A stretch of DNA of 64,000 bases from assembly GCA_964057225.1 (NCBI GenBank), contig OZ059896.1, forward strand, positions 14,136,001 to 14,200,000. The letters are read 5' to 3'. Position 1 is the first letter of the stretch; the number at the start of each line of letters is the position of its first letter. Shown piece after piece: positions 1 through 13,700 of this stretch. The notes beneath the pieces were generated by a model that saw only the letters and a program-made list of their open reading frames with translations, did no database searches and was not told the DNA's origin. The position numbers and the translations under genes were made by a program. The stretch is from Auanema rhodensis. Its lineage: Eukaryota; Animalia; Nematoda.

Positions 1-2370
1 ATACGATCCTTAATTTCATTCATATTACTTATTTGTTGAAGAAAAACAATTACTTTGAGTGAAAGGTTCCAACAAATGGCTTTAGCTATATCTTCAGCAA
101 AACATCCCGAATGACATTCTATTTAATAATTAGATAACCGTATATTCAATACTAATAACATTAGCAAAGTACCTGTCCAATCTATAATTCCGGAAACTTT
201 TTCTTCGTTTCCTTCCATGTATGAAAAAACATTGTTGGCATATGGTTCACCTTGCACTAAAGTACGAGCAACTTGCAGTTCTTCAGCTGATTCAGTTGCC
301 GTGCTGTGCAGATATTCCATCGTAAAGAATTTGCCTATATACTAAAAGAAGAAAAACATTTTATAGTAAAGAGAATGAAAAATAGTTTTACCACAAAACG
401 TGAATGCTCCACATCATGACGTTCGAAGAAGTCCATTGTCTTATCAAAATTTCCAATCAGATGGGAATAGTATGATGGAGGTAAGTCAGCAATCTGAAGG
501 CATCAATTCGTTTTCATTTACTCAATTTCATTTTCATTTTCGTAAAATGTGTGAAAATTCATTACGATAAAGTTTAACTAGATTCTCTAATATGCTTAGG
601 CATTAAAGCTCACCAGCGTGGTCCAGGAAGTCTGCTTCATGGAAAAAGCATGAAGTTGAGCTAAATGTTTCAATAAATCCCGTACAAGTTCAACCTGTTC
701 AAATGCCGTCATTAGTATCATCTAACTTTGAAGCATGAAAAATTTAAAAGTTCAACAACGTACCGAGCAACCTTTGAGAGCGTCCTGCTGTTGACCACGC
801 TCTCCCATATCCTCCATAACTACGCAGCCACTTCCACCAGTTTCTTTGCTATGACGTTTGATATGAAATATTTTGGGAGCTGATATTTTTGAATGTTTTT
901 GAGTCCATTCATAAACATTACATTCTCTAAAAAATGAATTTGAACCTTAACGGGACAACAAATAATTAAAAAAGTTCTAAGAAATATTTTTCATTTCCTT
1001 TTTCTAATTTATAAAAAAAGATTTTTAATGTTTTCGTAACAAATGCATATTCGGTCAAAGCTATTGAGTAAGTTTAAATAATAGTCTTAACTTAGTTATT
1101 GTATTGAGCAATAAGAAATATAAAGAAAAATAAAAGTAAAAATGAATAAAATTACCTTTTAAACATGATATAATGAAATTTTCCTTCCTCATCTTCTCGC
1201 TTTTCTTTTGAAACGGGCAACTTTAAGCAGACACTCTTAGGTAAATCATCATCTTCCCAGCCAAATGTAACTCGAATAACAGATGATGATGCATAATCTG
1301 AATGATAAAAAATGAAATTAACTATTAAAACATGAGCAAACCTTCATCCCAACTTGGACGATTTAACCTTTCAGTTATCCATTGAGGTTCTTCATCTATA
1401 ACTCTTCCTAACTTATCCGATATTCGTTGTAAAAGCCATTGAAGAGTAACATCAGTGCCACATAGATATTCACTACTTTCTTGAGTTTCACCTTCCATTG
1501 ATCTATCACTATAACAAACAAACTTAATATTCAAATGAACTTTCTTATTTATTTTACATAACTAGAATTTGATTACATTCTAGAATGTAACATACATTTT
1601 AAACCAAAAGTAAAAAATATTAGAAAAGGTACAAGACCGGAAAAGAGCAATTCAGATGAAACTTCATTCACAGCTTCATACACACCTCAGAATTACGTCA
1701 TTTTCAACGCAAAAAAAAAGACATTTGCTTCTAAACTTCCTTTAACTCTCCCTCTCTCTTATTGGCTATCTTTCTTTCTCTCTCAATTCGATTTTTTGAA
1801 TTTTTCACTTCTTCAACTGCAATTCTTTCTCTTTTACTCGCCTTTAACTCGAAGAATTCACGAATTACGTTGTTCTTTCTACCTTTCTGCCTTTCTATAT
1901 CCTCCTTACTTTGTCGAAATATCAAATAGCTTTCACAACTTTTCTTTACTTCTTACCTATTTGCTTTTTTTAGATTCATATTTTGAAGAAAAAATAAAAC
2001 AATCACATGACAAACATTCAAATAAATGACAAAACATATAATTCTCGAACTTTTCCTTTGAATTTGGGAACAATACTTTGGCAACAAATGGAGCAATCAA
2101 GCATTACCTCATGAGTGAAAAATAGGAGAATGTGTTAGATTTTAAAGATTTTCCAGAATAATTAAGTAAACTGAATGCCTACCTCATACCGTCTGAACTC
2201 ATATCATCTGTATAATCTTTTGGAATTTGAAGAGAAACTATAGATGCTCTATATGGTGAACGACCGGATTTCGTTGGAATATCGGACGGCGAATCATTTG
2301 ATCCTGATGTATCAGCAGTTCCAACTTGATCATTCGACGTAACTGATGGATTTGATGGTCCGCAGCCCAT
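1..2370 (-). CDS. CHK kinase-like / ecdysteroid kinase-like (EcKL, DUF1679-type) protein, N-terminally acylated, probable pseudokinase; 3' end lies outside the window
   Basis: Exons (minus): 2370-2183, 1508-1342, 1297-1156, 926-764, 694-614, 493-392, 341-173, 118-54, 8-<1. All GT-AG, phases consistent (2,1,2,0,0,0,1,0). Translation: MGCGPS...LCGTDVTLQWL...VIRVTFGWEDDDLPKSVCLKLP...RECNVYEW...APKIFH...CVVMEDM...LLKHLAQLHAFSM...TLVQGEPYANNVF...GIIDWTECHSGCFAEDIAKAICWNLS. Motif order matches the nematode CHK/EcKL family. Confidence 0.85.
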
Positions 2371-3355
2371 TTTCAATCTTCAAATCCTAGTTAAGCAACA
2401 ATTCTCTTTGAAAACAAAGTCTAAACAGGAAAGTTTCAAGATTGCAAAATCAGAATGGCAAAAACGTGTAGAAATAAAATAGAAGAATATGAATAAGATG
2501 TTAAGCTTCATAGAGAGAAAGAAGAAATAACTCTGAGAGAGGTAAAGTCTGAGAAGTAAGGGGGTCTTATGCTGTTGTTGGAGCATTACTTCCACTAACT
2601 CATATCTTTAGAAAATGCTTAGTGAAGCTGACAACATGCAATTCTTAAAGCTCATACGTCCAAAGTAAATAAATGACCAAAAATGGTAAAAACTTAATTA
2701 TATAAATAGATAGATAAAGAAGTTATATATGTATTTATAAAGTATATTTATTGTCAAATAAATGAACTTTTTTTATTGTTGAAGAAAAGAAAAGTTCGTA
2801 AATACTTTTTGGAAGAGAAGTCAAAGTAAAAGAGAAAATAAAATAAAAAACATTTCCTGAATAACCAACATCAGTAATGAATATAGAAATATAGTTTATG
2901 GAATACCGTAAAGAAGTAGCTAATACTAACTATAAATTATGTATATTACTATATGAATTATACTTTTGTTTGAAATTTTTTTTGGGTAAAATGATCATTT
3001 TCATTAAATAAAAATGAAGAAAAATTCAAACTTCAAGGTTCATTCAGATAACAAAGTGCAAATATAAGGAAAATTATATAAAAAAAAAGAAGGTGAATGA
3101 GAACAAAAATGAAAATGAGAGGAAGTAGCTAGTGAAATTCCGGAAAGTATTCAAAACCGTTTTCTAGACTTCCCGTCGACACTATTTCTTCAATCAAACT
3201 AATCTGTCAACCGTATAATAACTTTTAATGATCAAGTACATATGCTAAAGCATAGGATTAAAATTATGATTGGATTGAAAAGAAGAGAAAAAAATTTTTT
3301 TTGCATAAATTTCGTTATTGAGATCAGGAAGTACAACTGAATTTTTGCAAGTTTC

Positions 3356-3385
3356 TATATATATATATATATATAACTATACAAC

Positions 3386-3421
<36 letters not shown>
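3356..3421. repeat. Two (AT)n microsatellites
   Basis: AT runs at about 3356-3375 and 3392-3421; another at 4321-4346. Confidence 0.85.
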
Positions 3422-3424
<3 letters not shown>

Positions 3425-6400
3425 TTTGAAAATGAAACTTGAAAATGGAGAAAAAATAAAGTTTAAAACTTGAAGCATAACAAGTCAACAATTTAAAATA
3501 GTATGGAATATGGTCTCTTATACTCTCAACCTAACAGCAGGCGGTCCATATACATAGGTGGTGGTTGGTGCAAACACACAAATCTTCAATACAACACATA
3601 AGAGTTGAAACATTTGAAAACGAAATTGGTTCTTCCATATAAGTATCTATTTTTTTTTGTTAAAAAATAAGATTTTTTACAATTTAATGTCTAGTATAAA
3701 TGAATGAGAGAGATATATGTACATATATGAGAATTAGAGAAATACAACCGTTCAATGTTCACGCAAAAATGAAAATGAGATGTGAAATGCTCATGTAAGT
3801 TCACGTCCACTAACTATCAAAAAAGAAAAAACAATAATTTTAATAACCAGCAAGCAAAAAACAAAGAAACTTTTCAAAGATTAGAAGTTCATTTTAGAAA
3901 TATATTTATGTTATTATAATTATTTAAAAAAACTTTACTATATCATATCAGATATTTTTATTTAAAATATTTAAATAATACTTTACTTTTTCTATTTTCA
4001 TATTTTATTTATAATTTTATTTAAATATTTCGTTTTCTTTAAAAGTATTTTTGATCTAACAAATTCATTTCAAACTATAAATCATTGGGCATACATATAC
4101 GTAGAACATGCAGTGATTTTTGAATCTTTTTCAATGATTCACACTTCTTCCTATATTCGATCTAAAATCAATGTTTTACATAAATAAATGATTTATGACA
4201 TGTATATTATATATTATTTTCAATAATTCCTTTTATTCTCGTCAAATACTTTTGAGCTTTTGAACCCATCAACTAGGATGAAAAGCATATAGATATGTAT
4301 GTAGTTATACATATGTATACATATATATATATATATATATATATATGTTGAACAAAAAAAAAACAAATGTTTATTGATATCTCTGTGAAATATCTGAAAA
4401 TTGAGAGAAAAACAACTTAAGAATACTTTGTTTATATAGATTTACATATATACATATGTATAATGTTATAATATCATTGTCCTCTTAAAACTTTACCAAC
4501 TTGTTGAATATAGAAGGACAAGGAAGTTGTAGTTCTGATAATCTAAAAAACAGTATTTTGCTGTTTTTCTTATTGAATTATATAATTTTCATAAGCTATA
4601 AAACTAAATTTATATGATAATAATAGCTAACTATGTATATACATATGTATAGTTAGTTTGTCAGATAGATATCAGATATCAACAAATGAAGTTTATCTAT
4701 TTTCTATAAAATAATATGAATATAAACTATATAAATTATATAATACTATATATAATACTATATATATATGTAGTATACTATATATTCTATCAAATGCCAT
4801 CTTTATTTGAATTAAAGAATCTTGGAGAAACTGAATACATGGTAGTCTCATCGTCATCTGGCTCATTAAAAACACACATCAAACCTCATTGACAGCTGCG
4901 ACTTGTCTCTAACCTTAACGACAACATATTCATGTAAGTCAGTACCTATTCCCAACCTTAGCCATATCGGTCATAATGCTCGTAATATTACAATTATTAT
5001 TTGTGAAAATTATAATGTCAATATTCTCTTCTAGCAATATAAGTTGATCAAGTTTCAATTTGATCTATCAGAGATACTTAGGTAAGAGCTTTTAAGCTTA
5101 GTTTATAGTTACCTACATCATCTTTTATGAGAAGTCAAATTATTCGTCTTTTTTTATTTCAATTCACATCTTTGCGTCTTTTTTTGATTTTATTTTGTCC
5201 TTGGCACTTCAAAATAGAAATTTATATTTAAAACGACATGTTGGATGATGTTCAAGAAAAAAATATTTCAAAATAAAAATTCATCTTTCTTTTTGAATTT
5301 TTTTCATTGAAAATTAAAAATTATAATAATAGTATAATAATAATAATAAGAATAATTTGCATTAAGATAGAAAGAAGATGACCATTAATTTTCTTTTCTA
5401 ATTAGTTCTTATTCACTATTCCTCTTTACTTACTACATCATCACTTCCAGCTAGATACATCTCCTATCTTTCTCTACATGTGTATGTAATGTAAGTCTGG
5501 TTCTTCTTAACTTAGATTCATTATCTTCATCCAAAATATTTTGTTGTTTTTTTTTTATTTTCAACCAATATTGTCAATATTCTCATCGATGAATCTAAAT
5601 TTGGCATCTTGTATACACATCACATGGCCGTATTTCGCTGAGATCTTTAAATGTTTCTTCCTAGAACAGTCCATTTACATCTCCATTCTCTTATTCATCT
5701 TCGTATTCTCAATTTCCTCATCGTTTTTTGGGCGCCAAATTCAAAAATTCTGGTTAGTGATGCTGTTGATGGCGGCGTGTATTTTCTTTTTTTCTTGTCT
5801 GTTACTGAAGGACAACCTCGGAGGCACCAGGCATCAACGTCTGCCTCTTCCTAGTCCTTCATCCCTTCTTCTTCTTACTATTTTCTCCCTTTTAGACCCG
5901 TCTATCGTTAGACCTACAGATGGTGGATGGGTGTCGAAAGCGCTAATGATGATGTTCTGGCCACCAGCATTGTTGTGTGTCTATTTCATCAGAAGTTGGA
6001 TTTATAAGATTGATTATAATTATTTTCAAATAAACTAAAATAAGCAGTATCATTCGTTTATTTGAATATTCTCTTGTTAAAGCTTGTCCACTCGTTGTTT
6101 GATGCATGACGTTAAGTCCATAAACGACGTTGACTAAAATCGCCTGTGATTCATTGATATTCCATTTGCATTAGGCTTGTTTGACCATTTTTTTTCTCGG
6201 GACAATTCGAAACGATTTTTTGGCTCAACTACAACATCTCTCACCAAACCCCTATTTAGTTTTTTAAAAAAGAATGTTTTTTTTTCTTTTTCTATTCACA
6301 TTCGACTATTTTCTCATATTGAATGCCTTTTTTCCTATATTTTCCCTAACAATTAACGTCACTTTAAAGATTTTATGATTAAACATTTTGCTATTCTTGT

Positions 6401-6679
6401 TATATCATGCAGACGAATAGTTGGAAACAGATGCTACTGATTCTGATGATCGCTGTCTTTAGATGTAACCCAGGTCCATGTATGTATATGGACGCATCCA
6501 TGGATATTCGTTGTCTCATCATTCAATGTTATCTTCACGCACTATAAGCATGTGAAGTCGTTTCCTTTGTATATGTTTATTTATGTTTCTCCCGTATGCG
6601 ATTAACGGATTTACAACACAAAAGGACATTGATAGTTGAAGAGAAACATTTTCATTTTCCATCTTCATCTTCGTTCGTT

Positions 6680-6682
<3 letters not shown>

Positions 6683-6754
<72 letters not shown>
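6683..6754 (+). repeat. (CT)n microsatellite
   Basis: Perfect TC dinucleotide run of about 36 units; source of the spurious SLSLSL ORFs. Confidence 0.95.
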
Positions 6755-6760
<6 letters not shown>

Positions 6761-7638
6761 CTTCTTTATAATAGTGATTAGTCTGTCCCTGACCTATAGT
6801 AAACGAAAAAGGCGGAGGAATAACCTGCTCCGTTTGCCAATCTATCTATCAGAAGACAGACAGCCTGCCTCTCGTTCACGACCGCCATCCTCTCCATATC
6901 AGGAGATTAAAGGGCCAAAAGTATCGTCTATTCTTGATCTTGCTCTTATCATGATCTCTTCATTCATTTTGTTTCTTTCTTTGACGTCGTCTGTCATTAA
7001 TCACACTTATCATCAATATCATCTTGCTGATTGATCTAGAATCAACAACTTATTCAAGATTATATCAATTTCCGTTTCATTATTCTTGTTCATAAGCCAC
7101 ATTGTCTCAAAGGCATTCACTAGTTGTAATGGAATATAAGACATACATGTTACCTCAAACCTATATACCATTAGCCGATGCACATTTCCCATAATAGCTT
7201 CAATATCTTGAAGCAGTAGGCTAACGCCAGACCCAGTTGCTCTCTAGCTTTCCCGCGATCAGGAATCGGGATTGTATTTCAATGGACTATGTAAAGCTAC
7301 AAATAATATATACACATTGTCCCATATTCATTCATCTATCCTTGACCGACTAGCATCCGTAATTGTTGCAATTTCCAGCTTACATCAGCAAATTATTTAA
7401 GATTTGACGAACATATTTGTTAATTTAGGAGTAAAAGCTCTATCTATATCTCTCATTCCCTTCATAATGTACATTCATATATATATTTCTATGTATGTAT
7501 GTCTATGTATTTGTGCTTGTCATTTAAAATGTATTGTTTCATCTTTATTGATATGTTGTCTTGTGTATTTTATTCTTTATAACTTCAGCCTTGTCGCCTC
7601 ACTCTCCCCCACCCATCTATTTCTCTTTTTTGGTCTCT

Positions 7639-7641
<3 letters not shown>

Positions 7642-7713
<72 letters not shown>
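7642..7713 (+). repeat. (CT)n microsatellite
   Basis: Near-perfect TC run with one TT interruption. Confidence 0.95.
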
Positions 7714-7714
<1 letters not shown>

Positions 7715-10700
7715 ATTTCTCTCAAATGTTCATTTCGAGCTAAAAAACGAAATGAAAAAGGCATTTGACTTTCTTTCAGTATGACCCTTCTTGCTTTTGT
7801 TCCTTTAGCTTGAGGCAACTCAACTCGTCTGCTTCTTCTTGTTTGATTTTTTTCTGGTCACATTTAAATATAAACGAGAGTTTAAGCTCACATCCTTTTT
7901 TGCTTGCTTTGCTCTCTTCGTTTACACATTACTTATGTTGTTTTACATAAAGATTTATGTTTTTTTTCTTTTTCTCTCTTTATATCTTTCTCTCTCTCTC
8001 TCTTTCGAAGATATTTATACTTCATCAGTTATCTACAAATCGTAACATATTTTGATGTTATTTACTGCGATAGTTCTCTGTTTTGTCTTCAAACTAATCA
8101 CTGTTTCAAATTCTGTCGGGCTTTACTCTTGCCGTTCCCAAGCTCAAATTCTCAAAAACGCTTTAGTTTAACTATTCCACAAAACATAGTCGTTTAGTTC
8201 AGAACTTTTCTTCTATTTTTGAAAACAAACAAAACGGTATTTCACTTTTATTTTCTTTTATAAGAATAAGTATAATGAGTTAATTAATCTTTCTCTTTCA
8301 ATCTTTTTATATAATTTTTGTGATTTTATATGATATACATATTAACATATTATTATTAATTAATACAAACATATTTTATTTTTTGTTTTCTAATACATTT
8401 CTATTATCAACATTTATTTTGTTATATGTTTTCATTTATAATAATAACTATGTAAATTTATTTTTATTAAATGTACTATTCTCTAATTGTCTTAAACATT
8501 CTTGTTTTTCTTCTTTAATTCTTCATCTCATTAGCATATTGTAGAATTTTGAGATGATGAACGCGTCAAAGTTCACATGCTGCGTAACAAGCTTTTCATT
8601 TGTCACTGTTGAGCACGCAAAACGGTTGTTGTTGGTTGAATCTTCTATTCGTTTGACATGCACATGTATCTGTTATATTCCACTGCTTTATATCTATCTT
8701 TAAGCTTAGGTTCTTATTCAGTAATTCATTATAATAACTATAAATGAATGATATAGATACATACATAAACTCATATATATACATATATCTTAATGTGTCA
8801 CAAATTGACCGAGCTAATGAAGATGGCTACTAATCTTAACAAACTGTATCCATTACCAGTCTGATGGTTAGTAGTGTAAGAGGTCTCAGTCAGCAATGAG
8901 CCACGAATAGTAGCCATCTGGCCATACAGTTTCATCTGTCATCAGATATTGAATGCTTACAAAACCATCCGTTGATCGTCTTTTTTTTCTGTAAAGCCAC
9001 GATGACTTAACGTTATTTAGTTGTGTGATTGCAGCTGTAGATAGATATTTATACAAAATTCAAATCTTTTGTTCATTTTCTTCTTTTTTTCTTCGTTTCT
9101 AAGTGTTGTTAGCCTATTTGAATCATTTTTCCATATAACAACTTTGTTCTGCCATTCTTAAACAGATGTAAACGATCGTCGCTGTGTCGTCGATTTGAAA
9201 CGGTCAGCCCATTATCACTTTTCCTTTCAAATTCTTTTTTTTTTCTTTTTTCAAGATTTGTTCGTATTAGATCTTCAAGGTTTCTCATGTCTTCCTACAC
9301 TTATTTATTCCTTTCTTCTTGTTTCAAACATTAATTTACAAAATTTTTACTTTTTTGCTGGTATTATTCTCTTTTACTCGAATTATTTAATATAGTTAAT
9401 CGATCTCAAATATTATGTGTTATTCTGTTTTCTGACCCATGCATCTCAGAATTATTGTCAACCGTGGTCGGATTATTCCAAATAACAGGTCGGTATGTGA
9501 TATCTGCATTGGTATAAGTAGAGCCAGCTGAGACGATATGTGTGGTGGCTGTCGACCTTAGTAATGCGATTACAACCTCTTTCGGTCTTAGCAAAATCTC
9601 ATTTTTCTTTATCTCAATTGTTTTTTTTTTTCGGTGAGAAATAACATAACGATATGAACAAAGGAAAGAAAGATGTCGAGAGATGAAGAGGTTGGGATGG
9701 ATAGTTTAAGAGGGAGATAAGGAGAAAGAGACGTAACAATAAGAATGAAGAGATACGTATGTAAACCCATATGTGAGCAAGATAGATTGAAAGAAAAAAT
9801 AGTTTAGGGTAAAGATGGAATAAGATTTGTATGTAAACTGAGCAGTTCAGCAAGTAGAAAATCTTGGATTTATGACTTATAGACTTTAACCGACTTTTTT
9901 TTTAATTTTTTTTCAAAATAATTTAAATTTTTATGTTGCCTGTAATACTACTGTCGTATGCAGACATGGTAATTGAAGGTTGATGCCTAGTGGATAGGTA
10001 ATGATATTGAAGGCTTCAAATGAGCAATGTCGTCCTTCATGTTTCACTCCAGAACATTTTCTATTAACTGTCCTTGAAAAGAGAAAAACTAGTAAGCCGC
10101 CTGCATAGACAGCATCCAAATAATCATTGTATATCCAAGAGCAATAGAGCAAATTCCATGTTTCCACCTTGACTTACAGTGTGTATTCTATCTGTAGAAT
10201 CGGCAAATGTGAGTGCATCAGCTAGCCGTTACTCCTCATTTGACCCCAGTTAATCAAGTAACAACCCAATGATGAGAATAACAAAAGGAAAAGCTTGAGG
10301 ATAGCTTCTGAGTATTCCTAATTGGTCATCTCGTCCATTAAGATGCTTGTTAGTCTAATACTTGTCGTTGAATTTGGTGGCAACCGTTGCAATTTGAATT
10401 ATGACCATTCCTATCCTTTCTGTATCTCCATGGCTCTATCAGCCATTTTCCTCTCTTTCTTCTTTGTTTCGTCTTCGTGCCTTCAAGAAATCCAGTTATC
10501 TAATCGAATTCAAGTAAATCTCAGCCGTTCTTCATGCCAAATATAAGTGTGAGCGAGGAGGTCAGCCACAACTGGATGGCTAACTCGCTCGCACAGCATG
10601 ATACTGAATAGCCTCACCACCATAATTCAGCTGGTTACAGATTCTTTAATCTTGACTTTTTCTTCTATAAATTTTTATTTTTCATTTTAACATAGCTTTC

Positions 10701-13700
10701 TTCTTTCTACGAAAACCAATTTGTCATCTGATGACGCTAACAGAGACACAAAGGCTAGACCCTCGACCACACCACTGGATGTGTAGTATGCGGCGACGAA
10801 CTCTCGCCGTTTGAATCGCTTTTCATAGCTCAATTCAGTGCTCTTCTATTTTCCTTCATCTCTTTCAATTCTCTGATCTCTATTCACTTGATCTTTCAAT
10901 TCATTTCTTAATGTTCATTTTGTACTTGTCATCTTTACAGATTCATACGGCTCCTTTGAATTATAGGCGATCGTCGTTCGGTCCCGTTCCGCTTTCCCCT
11001 TGTAGTCCATCACTTGAAATCCTTTGACTGGCTAGCTACTGTTCCTTTTTTAGATCTCAATGACTTCCTACTGAGTCATTTGCTTTTGCAAGCTCAATAG
11101 CTCTCGTTTAAGTTTTCTCTTTCTTCCAAAAGAAAACATCTTCAGATTCATAAAAGACTTCCTATATTTCTTGTAATTAGTAACCGATTGATGCCACGTG
11201 CTTCTCTGACTTGATATGCCGTTTTGGAGTTCTTAATGAAGCCAAGTCTATACATTCGCTAATTCCACTTGAATTAGACAAGTCCATTGTGCGCACTAGG
11301 CTTCTTGGTCCTTAAGCCACAGATGTCCTTTCCATTTTGACTTGATCTTTCTTCATTTTATCTTATCTATTTCCTGTTTTCTCGATATTCTTCGTCTTTC
11401 TTTAGTTAATTTGTTTATTTTTCATCTAAATATTAATAGAATAAACGATGGAACACCTTGAGTGAAGTTCTGTTATACGTCTACTTACCTGAAGTACTGC
11501 GCTTCTTGTAATGTTGCATCTTCTCTCGCTTGTTGTCTTCATGTAGCACTATCCTCTTAACTTAGCGTTCCTTCATTCTAGCTTTTCTCTGAATGCTTTT
11601 ATTTTCTCCTGTCTTTTGCTTTCTCTTACTATTCATCTCTTCGTTTCCGTTCCGTCGGAAATAAAAAGATGTACTCTTACAGGACCTCCACTGTCAAACA
11701 GACTTCCTCCTTCTTCTCCACCCGCTCTCTTTCTCCAAAACGTTTTAGATTTCAATTTGACCGACAACACTTCATCACTTCGTTCGTTCCTACTGTTCAT
11801 ATGTTGTCTGAAAATCCTTTATCTTTTGCTCACCACTCACTAAGAAATTGCTGTTTTCGGATTATTCCTACTGAGCAAATCTGTGAAACTTTTTCCTTTT
11901 TTTCTCAGAAGCATGAGCCGTTGTTCGATTTACTCATTTCTGTGTATCATAGTATAAAGATGCAAATAGATCTCATCCGCCTCTGGATGTTTGGGCTTCT
12001 TCACTTGAGCTATTGCTTTTCCTCCTTCTTCTCTTCATTTTCATTCTTCATCTCTCTTTCTTTCTCTCAAGGATTTTACTTTCCCAAAATGGCTTTAATA
12101 TTTGTTTAGTATGTGTGTGTCCATCTCCAGCAGTATCTCGTTAGGTTTCAACCTGAGCCATCATATCCTTGCCTACAGCTATGAAACATGCTTGCAGTCA
12201 TATCACATATGCTGTAACGTCTAACATCCCATCTCATTATTTTTCAATATAATTCATCATTTTTCTCAAAGATTTCTTCATTTAAATCAAATTTTTCCTT
12301 CAGTAGCTGGAGGAGTAGCATGTATCTGTTGTAGGACCACACCCTTATCATTTCCGATTCACATCGAGACAACAGACATAGAAATTTTGAATTTTATTGA
12401 AATTTGGAAAACTTTTCAGCACAAAACTTTCTTCATATATCATTGCTGGTTTTTCCCATTTCACAACATGTCAACAACGTTCCAACTGAAGTTTTTAAAG
12501 AATTTTCTTTTCATTCATACAACATGTATAACATCATTCCTACATTATTGTGTTTATGTATAAAATAAAGTATTGAAGCTTCTACTAAATTGACCATAGT
12601 TGATGGAGCAAGAGTAGAGGGGCAACCACGATGACGAAGAAAAGGAGACTCATTTATCTTCTTATCCATCATATTTGCTTTATTCCATGCTTGCCACCAC
12701 CATCCTTCTGTTCAATTTCCAATGTTTCGTCATCTTTCCATATTCCATGTATCATTTCTTCCCTTTTTTGTCCATCGTTGTCATCTTCATCTGGTCTCAT
12801 TTTTCTAACATAAGCTATTCTGGAAGAAACTAACCAACGGTTTTTTTCCAAATCAATATTCATTCGTTCACGTACTTTTTCCTCTCATGTCTTTCAGAGA
12901 AAAAAAAAGTATTTTTATACAAGATAAGACTTGTATGATTCAATTTTTTGATCAAAAAACATGTTTGTACTATGTAAAGCCTATTACATCTCTTACATAA
13001 AATTCAAATGAAGGTTCATGCACATAGATTCTTTAAGATTTTTCTTTATTCGTTGTAAAATTATTATTTTTTTTCTCTCTCTCTCTCATTCTGCAATTGA
13101 AACACGGAAGATTCATCAATCTTTCTCGTCAATGTACTTTATCCATCCTGCCCCCCCCCCCACCCCCCTTTCTTCTCCCTATATTTGTCTTTTGTCCCCA
13201 AAGTTCTGATTTTGTTTCAACTTACAGCATATTCTATATGATGATCAATTGTTTTTTAACCTTAACATGCTTCATATATTTCAAATATATATTTGTGCTT
13301 TTCCGATATGTCGTTATCTTCAATCTTATTATATCCCTCAAAATTTGCTCCTTCTATTTCCTCTCCAGTAAAGAGAGAGGGGGAGGAGAATGAGAAAAAA
13401 GAGAAAAGAAGAAAATGTAAGCAGATTTTCATTTATTTTCTTTTACATTTCGTTTTCTCTTCTTGACCATCATTTTGATTTGGAACAAGTTGATGATGAT
13501 GTTGATGATGATTCATCTCATCCTCATCGAGCTTGTCTGGTCGCCTGCCTATCTTGACTGGCCTTGGGTTTTTTTTAGCTCATCAATGTTGTTTCTTTGC
13601 CCTTTTTTTTTCAAAACCGATGTATGTTGTTTCATACCTTCCTTATCTAATCTTCCTTCGTTTTCTCAGCCCGTATTAGTTTTTTTTCTTTTTTTCCTTA

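Noticed and set aside
1731-1925. Lys/Glu/Arg-rich minus-strand ORF
   Set aside because: Lies in intron 1 of the kinase-like gene, has no phase-compatible splice sites, and reflects purine-rich low complexity; exon 1 joins exon 2 in phase without it.
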